NCBI GenBank assembly: GCA_946185305.1
Contig: CAMHJE010000002.1
Span: 9,263 to 73,262 of the forward strand
From: an uncultured Clostridia bacterium
Lineage (GTDB): Bacteria > Bacillota > Clostridia > Christensenellales > CAG-138
Direction: 5' to 3'
Length of the DNA: 64,000 bases
Part shown: in pieces, positions 1 through 9,843 of the stretch
How positions within the stretch are numbered: the stretch's first letter is position 1
Layout of the letters: each line of letters opens with the position of its first letter
The notes under the pieces: generated by a model
What the model was told of the DNA's origin: nothing
Database searches by the model: none
Seen by the model: only the letters and a program-made list of their open reading frames with translations
Translations under genes and position numbers: made by a program

Positions 1-1
1 G

Positions 2-283
2 GGCGGCGTCGATATCGTGCTGACCCATGCCGCGCCGCAGGGCTGCGGCGATCTGGACGATTACGCGCACCGCGGCTTTGCGTGCTTTACCGCGCTGATG
101 GATCGCTGGCGCCCCGCCTATTGGGTGCACGGCCATACGCACCTCAATTACGGCGCGAAGCGGCTGCACATCCATGGCGATACGAAGGTCGTCAACGCGT
201 GGCAGAAGCACGTGATCGAGATCGAGCCGAAAGCGCCGGAAAAGAAGCAGTTTTCTTTCTTCCAAAAACGGAAAGCTCTATAA
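2..283 (+). CDS. metallophosphoesterase, C-terminal fragment (5' end outside window)
   Basis: Frame is open from the window edge. Contains the WVHGHTHLNYG (GHTH) motif typical of calcineurin-like phosphoesterases. A hairpin terminator follows. Confidence 0.6.
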   Translation, partial: GGVDIVLTHAAPQGCGDLDDYAHRGFACFTALMDRWRPAYWVHGHTHLNYGAKRLHIHGDTKVVNAWQKHVIEIEPKAPEKKQFSFFQKRKAL

Positions 284-319
284 AATAAGCTGTCAAGCCT
301 TGCGCCTGACAGCTTTTGT
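282..319. terminator. bidirectional hairpin between convergent genes
   Basis: 8-bp stem agctgtca (288-295) / tgacagct (307-314), flanked by an A-run upstream and tttgttt downstream. Lies between the + strand phosphoesterase stop and the - strand MATE stop. Confidence 0.55.
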
Positions 320-1801
320 TTATTCTCGATTTCCGAGCGGTTCAATTTTCTTTTTATAGAGCTTCCACGTCAAAAACGTCGAGAGCAGCAGCGTCATAAA
401 CTCCGCAATCGGGAATGCCCACCAGACGGCCTCGATGGAGTGCGTGAAATACGCCATCAGCCCGGCGACCGGGAGCAGCACAAACAGCTGCCGCGCAAGC
501 GAGGTGATCGTGCCGTATAAGCCCGTATCGGTCGCGCCGTAGACCGTATTCATCGCAATGCAGATCGCCGCGCACACGAAGCCCCACGCGATCACGCGGA
601 TCGCCTCAAGCGTGACGCCGTAGGTGAACGACGACACCGCAAACAGCAGCATCAGCTGCGGCGCGAACAGCTCGAAGATCGCCGTGCCGAGCACCATGAA
701 CGATGCGCAGAACAGCGTCAGCATCCCGTAGGCGCGAAGGAACCGCTTCCTGTTCCGCGCGCCGTAGTTGTAGCCGAGGATGCTCATGGCCGCGTTGTTC
801 AGCCCGAACACCGGCATGAAGATGATCGACTGGAGCCGGAAATACGTGCCGAACGCGCTCTTATATGCATCGACATAGTTGATCGCGGGATCGAGCGTTG
901 CGGCGTGGTATTCGCCGAGCGCCTTTAAGATGCCGTTCATGCCGATATACATGACCGTGCCGACCGCCTGCATCAGAATCGACGGCACGCCGACCGAGTA
1001 GATTTCCCGGATCGTCTGCTTCGAGAGCCGGAAGTCCGGCAGGTGCAGCCGAATCTCGCTCTTGGAACGGACGAGCATGACGAGCGCGAGCGTCATTGAC
1101 GCGAACTGGCCGATCACCGTGGCGATCGCCGCGCCGGTCACGCCCATCGCGGGGATCGGGCCGAGGCCGAGCACAAACACGCGGTCGAGTACGATATTCG
1201 TGATCGCGCCGGTCAGCTGCATCATCATGGCGACGAGCGTGCGCCCCTGCGCGGTCATGATGCGCTCGATGCAGCACGACAGGAACAGCCCGACGCACAG
1301 CGACAGGCAGATCGTCATATACTCGGTGCCGAACAGCCGCACGATGGGGTCGGTATCCTGCCAATGCAAAAACGCCCGTGAGAGCGTGAGGCCGATCACC
1401 GTAAACACCAATGCGGAAAGCACCGCCAGCACCATGCCGTTGCCCGCCGCGCGATTCGCATCAACGGTGCGGCGCTCCCCCAGACGGCGCGAGATCAGCG
1501 AGTTCATGCCGACCGCCGTCCCGACCGCGACCGAAATCATCAGCATCTGCAGCGGGTTGACCGTGGACAGCGCGTTCAGCGCCTTATCCCCGATGGTCGT
1601 TTCCACGCCGGGCGTATAGAGCTCGCCCAAAATGCCGCGCAGCGCGCCCTCGTCCAGCGTCGAAAGGCGCGAGACGAAGATGCTGTCCACAATATTATAC
1701 AGAGCCTGCACGAGCATCGACACGATGATCGGCCAGCCCATCGACAGGAGGAGCTTGCCCTCCCGCTCGGTTCCCATTTTATTTTCGCGCATCTGTTCCA
1801 T
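320..1801 (-). CDS. MATE family efflux transporter
   Basis: 493-aa polytopic hydrophobic protein. The N-terminal LLLSMGWPIIVSMLVQALYNIVDSIFVSRL is a MATE-type signature, and the sequence has a two-halves repeat organisation. Confidence 0.85.
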   Translation of the reverse strand: MEQMRENKMGTEREGKLLLSMGWPIIVSMLVQALYNIVDSIFVSRLSTLDEGALRGILGELYTPGVETTIGDKALNALSTVNPLQMLMISVAVGTAVGMNSLISRRLGERRTVDANRAAGNGMVLAVLSALVFTVIGLTLSRAFLHWQDTDPIVRLFGTEYMTICLSLCVGLFLSCCIERIMTAQGRTLVAMMMQLTGAITNIVLDRVFVLGLGPIPAMGVTGAAIATVIGQFASMTLALVMLVRSKSEIRLHLPDFRLSKQTIREIYSVGVPSILMQAVGTVMYIGMNGILKALGEYHAATLDPAINYVDAYKSAFGTYFRLQSIIFMPVFGLNNAAMSILGYNYGARNRKRFLRAYGMLTLFCASFMVLGTAIFELFAPQLMLLFAVSSFTYGVTLEAIRVIAWGFVCAAICIAMNTVYGATDTGLYGTITSLARQLFVLLPVAGLMAYFTHSIEAVWWAFPIAEFMTLLLSTFLTWKLYKKKIEPLGNRE

Positions 1802-1907
1802 GTGTCCTATTATAAGGAAATAGAAAGGAATTGCAAGGGACTTACATGAATTTCATCGGCGGCATAAAAAAGAGGATCGCATCTGCGATCCTCTCAAAAG
1901 ATTTCCT

Positions 1908-3914
1908 TTAGCCTTCGACCTTTTCAAAGTCCTCCTTACCGTGCTTGCACAGCGGGCAGGTGTAATCGTCGGGCAGCTCCTCGCCCTCATACTCATAGCC
2001 GCAGACCTTGCAGACCCACTTGGTCGTCTTTTTGACCGGCTCGGCCGTGACTTTTTCAAAGTCCTCCTTGCCATGCTTGCACAGCGGGCAGGTGTAGTCG
2101 TCGGGCATTTCCTCGCCTTCATACTCATAGCCGCAAACCTTGCAGACCCACTTGGTCTTTTGTTCGGTCTTGGGTGCGGGCTTCGGCTTGATGTGCGCAA
2201 AGTAGTAGGCATACGTCACGGACGGCGCCTTGGACAGCGTTTCGCTCTCGGTGATATCCGCGACGAACAGCGTATGCGAGCCGCAATCAACGGCCTCGAC
2301 GACGTGGCCGCTAAAGACGGCGTTGACGCTCTCGGTGACGGCCAAGAGCCCGTTTGCGGTGCGCTTGACGGCGGCAAAGCCCGCGAACTTATCGGTGTCG
2401 CGGCCGGAGGCAAAGCCGAAGCGTTTGAAGATGTCGAACGTGGCGTCCTCGGTCAGCACGGAGACGTTGAACAGCCCGGTGCGGGCGATCAGGTCGTGCG
2501 TATAGTTCTGCTTGTTGACGGCAATCGCAATGCGGTTCGGGTTCGACGCGACCTGGATCGCGGTGTTCGTGATGCAGCCGTTGTCCTTGTCGCCCTCGCG
2601 CGTCGTCACGACGAACAGGCCGTAGCTCAGCTTATGCAGGGCGCTCGGGTCGGTCGCGCCGGCCACGGGCGCGGGCGCGGAAACGGTCGGCACGGCGGCA
2701 GCGGCGGGCGCTTCGATCGGCAGCGTGGTGCAGAGCGCGTCGGCCAGCGTATCGAGCGCGGCAAGGCTGTCCTCGTGCAGGGCGCTCTTCACGGTGATCA
2801 TCGGGTCCACGATGGTCATGTTCTTGCAGGAAGCGAACAGCTCCTTCATCTTTTTGCCGCTTGTCGGCGCCCAAGAGCCGTTTTCGAGGAACGCAAGCGT
2901 GCGGTTCTGGATGTTGTGCGCAATGAGGTCGCGCAGGGCTTCGTCCATGCGCACGAAGATTTCGGCGTTGTAGGTCGTGGAGGCAAAGACGAGGTGGCTG
3001 TATTGGAACGCCTTTGCGACAAGCTCGGAGCCGGGCTTGACCGAAACATCCATCATCGTCACGTGTGCGCCGCGCTCGCGCAGCTTGGTTGCGAGGATTT
3101 CGGCGGCGTTTTCGGTGTTGCCGTAGACCGAGGCGTAGGCGATAAGCACGCCCTGCACCTCCGGCGTATAGGTGGACCATTGCTGATACTTTTCGATGTA
3201 ATCGCCAAGGTTCCTGCGCCAGACGAAGCCGTGCAGCGGGCAGATCGTTTTGATCTCCAATTTTGCGGCCTTTTTCAGCACGGCCTGCACCTGCGGGCCG
3301 TACTTGCCGACGATGTTGGTGTAGTAGCGGCGGGCTTCATTCAGATAGTCGCCCATGAAGTCCACTTCGTCCGCGAACAGGTTGCCGTTGAGTGCGCCGA
3401 ACGTGCCGAACGCGTCGGCGGAAAACAGCGTGCCGGTCGAAAGATCGAAGGTCATCATGACCTCCGGCCAATGCACCATCGGCGCCATGACGAACGTGAA
3501 TTCGTGGTGGCCGGTTCTCAGCACGTCGCCTTCCTTGACAAGGTAGGGATCGCAGGCCTCGGAAACATAACCGAACCGCTTCATCATATCAAAGCTCTTT
3601 TGGTTGCAGACGATCACCGCGTCCGGATAGCGCAGCACAAGCTCGCGCAGCGTCGCGCTGTGATCCGGCTCCATGTGGGACACGACGATGTAATCGAGCG
3701 AGCGGTCGCCGAGCGCGTAGGCGACGTTTTCAAAGAACACCTTGTCCACGGCGCGGTCCACGGTGTCGAACAGGACGGTCGTATCGTCCAGCAGCAGGTA
3801 CGAGTTATAGGAAACGCCGTCCGGGACGGAATAGACGCCCTCGAACATGGCAAGCCGCCGGTCATTGCCGCCGACCCAAACGAGATCCGGGTAAATGTTT
3901 CTGGTGCAATGCAT
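1908..3914 (-). CDS. multidomain flavodiiron protein: metallo-beta-lactamase-like diiron + flavodoxin + flavin-reductase domain + two rubredoxin domains
   Basis: HMEPDHS diiron motif near the N-terminus and a flavodoxin-like middle (VLIAYASVYGNTE). A flavin-reductase-like segment (FVVTTREGDKDNGCITNTA) follows, then two C-terminal CxxC...CPxC rubredoxin units. Start moved to ATG 3914, 6 nt after AAGGAGG. Confidence 0.85.
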   Translation of the reverse strand: MHCTRNIYPDLVWVGGNDRRLAMFEGVYSVPDGVSYNSYLLLDDTTVLFDTVDRAVDKVFFENVAYALGDRSLDYIVVSHMEPDHSATLRELVLRYPDAVIVCNQKSFDMMKRFGYVSEACDPYLVKEGDVLRTGHHEFTFVMAPMVHWPEVMMTFDLSTGTLFSADAFGTFGALNGNLFADEVDFMGDYLNEARRYYTNIVGKYGPQVQAVLKKAAKLEIKTICPLHGFVWRRNLGDYIEKYQQWSTYTPEVQGVLIAYASVYGNTENAAEILATKLRERGAHVTMMDVSVKPGSELVAKAFQYSHLVFASTTYNAEIFVRMDEALRDLIAHNIQNRTLAFLENGSWAPTSGKKMKELFASCKNMTIVDPMITVKSALHEDSLAALDTLADALCTTLPIEAPAAAAVPTVSAPAPVAGATDPSALHKLSYGLFVVTTREGDKDNGCITNTAIQVASNPNRIAIAVNKQNYTHDLIARTGLFNVSVLTEDATFDIFKRFGFASGRDTDKFAGFAAVKRTANGLLAVTESVNAVFSGHVVEAVDCGSHTLFVADITESETLSKAPSVTYAYYFAHIKPKPAPKTEQKTKWVCKVCGYEYEGEEMPDDYTCPLCKHGKEDFEKVTAEPVKKTTKWVCKVCGYEYEGEELPDDYTCPLCKHGKEDFEKVEG
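1921..2159. repeat. tandem direct repeat, 132-nt period, encoding duplicated rubredoxin domain
   Basis: ttttcaaagtcctcctt...gcagacccacttggtc occurs at 1921 and again at 2053. The two copies differ at only a handful of positions by eye, and the encoded 36-aa units differ by one residue (M/L). Confidence 0.9.
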
Positions 3915-3943
3915 AAGCATCCTCCTTGCTTGAAGTCATTACC

Positions 3944-3972
3944 AGTATAAAGGAAAAGCGACAGAAAGGCAA
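3944..3972 (-). promoter_or_regulatory. sigma-70-like promoter for the flavodiiron gene
   Basis: On the minus strand: TTGCCT, 17-nt spacer, TATACT, about 25 nt upstream of the RBS. Confidence 0.4.
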
Positions 3973-3973
3973 G

Positions 3974-4004
3974 CAAAAGAAAAGATTCTCCGCAAAGAGA
4001 ATCT
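3974..4004 (-). terminator. Rho-independent terminator after M23 peptidase gene
   Basis: 8-bp stem agattctc / gagaatct (3983-3990 / 3997-4004), followed on the minus strand by TTTTCTTTTG. Confidence 0.65.
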
Positions 4005-4033
4005 CTTGTACGTTTGCATCCGTGATGCGGATA

Positions 4034-5179
4034 TCATTTCACATATTGCAGCGGGTTGAACGGAATGCCGTCGATCAGCAGTTCATAGTGCAGGTGCGGT
4101 TCGGCCTGGCTTTCCTCCTTGGCGAGCACCGCGATCGGGTCGCCGCGATAGACGTGCTGTTCCAGCTCGACCGAGACGGACGCGCAATGCGCAAGGCGCG
4201 AGACGAAGCCGTTGCCGTGCCGGATCTCCACGACAAGGCCGTAATCGCCGCGCTGTCCGATGAAAATGACGGTGCCGCTTTCGGGCGCGCGAAGGGCCTC
4301 GCCGGGCATGCAGGCGTAATCGACGCCGTAGTGCATCACACCGTCCCGCAGGCCAAAATAGCTGCTGACGGCGCCGCTGCACGGCGCGGTAAACCGCAGC
4401 TCGCCGGGGTCCTTGCCGGTGGGGCCGACGGCGTCCGGCGTCTCCGCCGAAGGTTCATACAGATATGTGCCGTTTTCGATCAGCCGCGGGGCAGGGTCGC
4501 TGCCGACGCGCGTTTCTGCCAGCGTGGTCGAGGCCGAGACCGCCATGCCGCTTTTATACAGCGTTTCGCTGAGGCCGAACAGATGCTCGGCCTTGCCGAG
4601 CGACCGGATCAGCCGCGTGCCGACCGGCAGATATGGGTGCGCGCTTTCGGCGGCTTCGACCGTGCCGACCGGCAGCGTCGCCTTTTCGACCGAGCGCACG
4701 ACCGGAATGATCGTCCGGTTGTTCAGAAGCCGCGTCAGAGCTTCGTCATAGGTCAGATATTCCACCGTGCCGTCCACCGGCATCGTCGTCAGCTCGGCGT
4801 CGATATACGCGCGGATCAGATGCTCGGTCGCGCCGAGGTTCTCGTTTGCACAGACGGACAGGTATTCGCCGAGCAGCCGTTCGCTCATCTCCCGGTTGGA
4901 CAGCGCCATGACCGGCACGCCGTTGACAAGCAGGTTCACCGCGTTCGACGGGTACGCCGCTTGCGTGGGCACCGGCGTCGGGGAAGCCGGTGCGGGGGTC
5001 GCTGTCACGGCCACGATCAGCTCGACCGGCCGCGGCGTGGGCGTCGGGGCGGCTTCGTGCGGGCGCAGCGTCGCCATCGTCGGGTGCAGTACGCCGACCG
5101 CCAGCAGCACGAACGTGCCGAGGATCAGCACGCCGATCACGCCGAGCATGATCAGCCAAGAAATATGCTTCTGCTCCAT
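4034..5179 (-). CDS. M23 family metallopeptidase (peptidoglycan DD-endopeptidase-like), N-terminal membrane anchor
   Basis: C-terminal HYGVDYA ... GDYGLVVEIRHGNGFVSRLAHC ... HLHYELLIDG motifs (LytM/M23). TM helix ISWLIMLGVIGVLILGTFVLLAV. Start set at ATG 5179, preceded by AAAGGAG. Confidence 0.85.
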   Translation of the reverse strand: MEQKHISWLIMLGVIGVLILGTFVLLAVGVLHPTMATLRPHEAAPTPTPRPVELIVAVTATPAPASPTPVPTQAAYPSNAVNLLVNGVPVMALSNREMSERLLGEYLSVCANENLGATEHLIRAYIDAELTTMPVDGTVEYLTYDEALTRLLNNRTIIPVVRSVEKATLPVGTVEAAESAHPYLPVGTRLIRSLGKAEHLFGLSETLYKSGMAVSASTTLAETRVGSDPAPRLIENGTYLYEPSAETPDAVGPTGKDPGELRFTAPCSGAVSSYFGLRDGVMHYGVDYACMPGEALRAPESGTVIFIGQRGDYGLVVEIRHGNGFVSRLAHCASVSVELEQHVYRGDPIAVLAKEESQAEPHLHYELLIDGIPFNPLQYVK

Positions 5180-5387
5180 ACGCCGCTCCTTTCCCATGAT
5201 GCAGGAACAGTATACCATACAATGCAAAAATGCGCAAGCCGCCCGCATCGGGTTTATGCCGCCGCGTGCGGCGCGTTCGCCGATTTGAGAGTGTGAAAGC
5301 GTGAAAAAGGCAGAAATAGGGCGACACGCATAAGGAAGTTTTCTTATGTGGGGGACGGAGCAGTCAGGTTGACTGCTCCGTTTCCAT

Positions 5388-7169
<1,782 letters not shown>

Positions 7170-7176
7170 TCATTCA

Positions 7177-7383
7177 TCAATTATCCGCTCTTAAAATCAG
7201 ATCTTTCATCTGCTGAAACATCGTTTGCCGACCGTTCGGATGGAAATGCGTATTGACCACATATTCCGTTTTCCCGATCCATACACTGATTGTCTCCGGC
7301 TCTGTTACCGCCTCCATGCTGTCATACAGATAAGGGATCAAAGAGACGATACAATCATCCGCTTTTCTGTTCGTATCTTTCAT
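7177..7383 (-). CDS. TnpW-like small transposon-encoded protein
   Basis: 68 aa. IGKTEYVVNTHFHPNGRQTMFQQMKDLILR resembles the TnpW family pattern (IG.T.Y.V..F...g..t......L). AGGAGGAAG RBS. Start overlaps the upstream gene's stop. Confidence 0.55.
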   Translation of the reverse strand: MKDTNRKADDCIVSLIPYLYDSMEAVTEPETISVWIGKTEYVVNTHFHPNGRQTMFQQMKDLILRADN

Positions 7384-7781
7384 ATTTTTTCTTCCTCCTG
7401 CTTCGTATGTGCTTTGTACTTCTGTTTCGGACGCTCGCGCTTTGGTATGCTTTGAAGGTCGATCGGAACGTGGCAATAGAGTTCATCTTCGATCCTGTGC
7501 AGATGCTCGGATATATCCCGATGCATTTCCCGGATTTCTTCGTAATGGATGCTTCCGGTGCGGTATGCGATCTTTGCCAGCTTATCCAGATTGCCCAACG
7601 CTTGGAAGAAACCTCCCATCTCTTTCCAGAACTCCGGCGGCGGCAGTTGATTCGGGCAAAAGCCCTCGATCAGAAACCGCAGATATGTTTCCTGAAACAA
7701 TCCACTTTCCTTGACCTGCCGCTTGAATCGGGCAAGTTCTTGATCCGATAGCCGGAACGTGATTTTATTGGTGCGTTTCAT
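7380..7781 (-). CDS. MobC-like ribbon-helix-helix mobilization accessory protein
   Basis: MKRTNKITFRLSDQELARFKRQVKESGLFQETYLRFLIEG matches the MobC/RHH pattern (R..I.FRLS..E...L......G.S...YLR). Start at ATG 7781 with AAGGAGA 8 nt upstream. Confidence 0.6.
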   Translation of the reverse strand: MKRTNKITFRLSDQELARFKRQVKESGLFQETYLRFLIEGFCPNQLPPPEFWKEMGGFFQALGNLDKLAKIAYRTGSIHYEEIREMHRDISEHLHRIEDELYCHVPIDLQSIPKRERPKQKYKAHTKQEEEKI

Positions 7782-7816
7782 GTGTTTGATCTCCTTTTTT
7801 GTCATATGCTGGGGTT

Positions 7817-8012
7817 TAAGGGAACTCCCTTACGTTACGAATTTGGCCGAATGACGGCAAAATTCAATGCTCGCTAATCCAACGCAGCCATGGCTGCATC
7901 GGCTTAGGCCGTTGTGCGGGACACCTTGTCCCGCGTGTCTTCTTTCTTCGCGTGATATGCTGTTTTCAAGGTGCTTGCAAAACAAAAAATGATGATTGTT
8001 AATTATCATCAT
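7817..8012. promoter_or_regulatory. cluster of inverted repeats upstream of MobC-like gene (candidate oriT/operator region)
   Basis: Four palindromes: taagggaactccctta (7817-7832), gcagccatggctgc (7884-7897), gggacaccttgtccc (7918-7932), and atgatgat-N8-atcatcat (7989-8012). Confidence 0.3.
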
Positions 8013-8048
8013 TCTCCACGCAGAATTATAAATGCCGGTTGACAGCTT

Positions 8049-8077
8049 GACAATAGTTTTGTATCATGTTGTTTGTG
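8049..8077 (+). promoter_or_regulatory. sigma-70-like promoter for DUF6076-like gene
   Basis: TTGACA (8049-8054), 17-nt spacer, TATCAT (8072-8077). A ggagaat-ctgt-attctcc inverted repeat (8101-8118) lies between the promoter and the RBS. Confidence 0.5.
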
Positions 8078-8134
8078 ATGATGTGAATACTCCAAATTCA
8101 GGAGAATCTGTATTCTCCAAAAGTGAGGGACAAG

Positions 8135-9691
8135 ATGGATCAAGAAAAAGACTATTCCGAATACGAATTAACGGCGTATGACCGGTATCGGATGCGGCGG
8201 AAGCACCGGAAAGATATTATCTTGGGATATTTCCATAACAAGGTTCGTTTCGATACAGAAAAGCGAATGATCCGCTTTTATGTTGATGATCTGCATGAGA
8301 ATTATTCGATGGACAGCATGATCGACGAATACCTTGCCGAAGAAGAAAAGCGGCGTGGCGCCAAGCTGAAGGACGAGCCGGAAGACAAGGAATATGCTGC
8401 TGCGGAAGTCAAGAAGAATCGGGAGCAGTATGCCCTGCTTCAAAAGAAATACGACATAGAGCGTATGTCGTCGCATGGCGATCCGACCGATTTCTCGTAT
8501 TATCCGACGGATGAAAACGGCAACATTGATTACGAAGCCGAGGAGCCGATTCGTAAGCCGATGAACGATGTGCTCAGCGGAACATGCGTGACCATTCGAT
8601 ATGGCGAAGGAATCTTGGATTTCGTATATGCGGATCTCGTCACGCCGATGAAGGAAAGATACGCTATGTATCGGTTGTTCCGTAAAATACGGGAGAAAGG
8701 AATTGTCGATCTTTCGGAAACAGAACCTGCCGAAGAAGATAAACCGGAAAAGGTGTATAACCGGACGCAGGAGATTGTAGAGCATTACTTTCAGTTTTGC
8801 TCCACCTGCGATGATCTCGGCGATGCGTTGTATGCTTCCCTCTACTCCGCATTGTTCCCGCCGTGCTTTGTTGGATATGACGCGGATACGGATAAAACGA
8901 TGGGGCGGTATGCGGATTATCTGGTAACGCTGCAAAAGGAGTATCGGGAACTCCTTGAGTTCGTTTATGATGAAAACTTCCATCCCGAAGTACTTGGAAA
9001 CCTCTATCCCAGCGAACGATACCGGTTGTATCGGGAAATACATGATCTGCCCGATTTTTATATCCGTCGGGAGGAATTGATGATTTCTCCCGAATATATG
9101 GGCAGTCCGAAGCGTATGCCGTTCGGGATGGAGCACGAGGAATATCTCAACAGAATCATGAAGGCATTTTCCTCGAATTCAACCGAAGCAGAAAAAGCAT
9201 TTGCAGAAGAATACGGATTGGACGCTGGGCACCTTACCATGATGATCCGCCGACCGTCCTTTATGAGCATTCAATACGATGTTTCCACCGCAGCAGAGAT
9301 GTTGGAATTGGAGTTTACGAAGATGCTCGAAGAAAACATTCGCTTTCGCAAATGCAAACGCTGCGGAAAGTATTTCATCATGAAGGGCAATTACGACACA
9401 AACTACTGTGACCGGATCGCAGAGGGCAGCACGCGCACCTGTCAGGAACTTGCGGCAATCGAGAACTACAGAGCGAAGGCAGCGGAAAACAAGGAGTACG
9501 CGCTATACAGCAAATACTACAAACGCTATTCTGCCCGCGTGAAGGTGCGACAGATCAAGGAAGCCGATTTCAAGAAATGGAAGTATCAGGCACTTACGAA
9601 GCGTGATGAATGCGCCGACGGCAAGATCACGGTTGAGGAATATGAAGCGTGGCTCGAAGCGTCATTTGCGAACCGGCAAAAGAAAGGCTGA
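8135..9691 (+). CDS. hypothetical protein, DUF6076-like with C-terminal zinc-ribbon (CKRCGKYF...YCDR...TCQ)
   Basis: 518 aa and acidic, with a conserved-looking C-terminal Cys cluster followed by a basic helical tail. This type of protein commonly sits beside serine recombinases in Clostridia (recalled, not searched). ATG 8135 is preceded by GAGGGA. Confidence 0.4.
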   Translation: MDQEKDYSEYELTAYDRYRMRRKHRKDIILGYFHNKVRFDTEKRMIRFYVDDLHENYSMDSMIDEYLAEEEKRRGAKLKDEPEDKEYAAAEVKKNREQYALLQKKYDIERMSSHGDPTDFSYYPTDENGNIDYEAEEPIRKPMNDVLSGTCVTIRYGEGILDFVYADLVTPMKERYAMYRLFRKIREKGIVDLSETEPAEEDKPEKVYNRTQEIVEHYFQFCSTCDDLGDALYASLYSALFPPCFVGYDADTDKTMGRYADYLVTLQKEYRELLEFVYDENFHPEVLGNLYPSERYRLYREIHDLPDFYIRREELMISPEYMGSPKRMPFGMEHEEYLNRIMKAFSSNSTEAEKAFAEEYGLDAGHLTMMIRRPSFMSIQYDVSTAAEMLELEFTKMLEENIRFRKCKRCGKYFIMKGNYDTNYCDRIAEGSTRTCQELAAIENYRAKAAENKEYALYSKYYKRYSARVKVRQIKEADFKKWKYQALTKRDECADGKITVEEYEAWLEASFANRQKKG

Positions 9692-9843
9692 TCCTGCCGC
9701 CTCTAATCCGCCTTCAGCGCCATCTGATTGTTTTTCCATTGGATAGGCGCTGAAGTAGTAGAACGCTCTGTTGTGGATTAGCCAGCATTGGATTAAGTTT
9801 ACATAATCCGGTCGTAAAGGCGCACCCTTAAACCTCGGCGACA

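Noticed and set aside
1941-3950. 669-aa + strand ORF antisense to the flavodiiron gene. Similar long antisense ORFs occur at 3926-5296, 21351-22487, 22151-23461, 29838-31598, 33111-34571, 34271-36178, 37554-39638, 40812-43451, 43201-45288 and 53337-54815.
   Set aside because: These are Arg/Ala/Gly/His-rich low-complexity translations lying opposite genes with clear family motifs. They are typical shadow ORFs of high-GC DNA and lack an RBS or any recognisable domain.
7830-8012. 60-aa minus-strand ORF in the MobC/DUF6076 intergenic region.
   Set aside because: It has no RBS and is made of palindromic regulatory DNA. Its translation has no plausible fold features.
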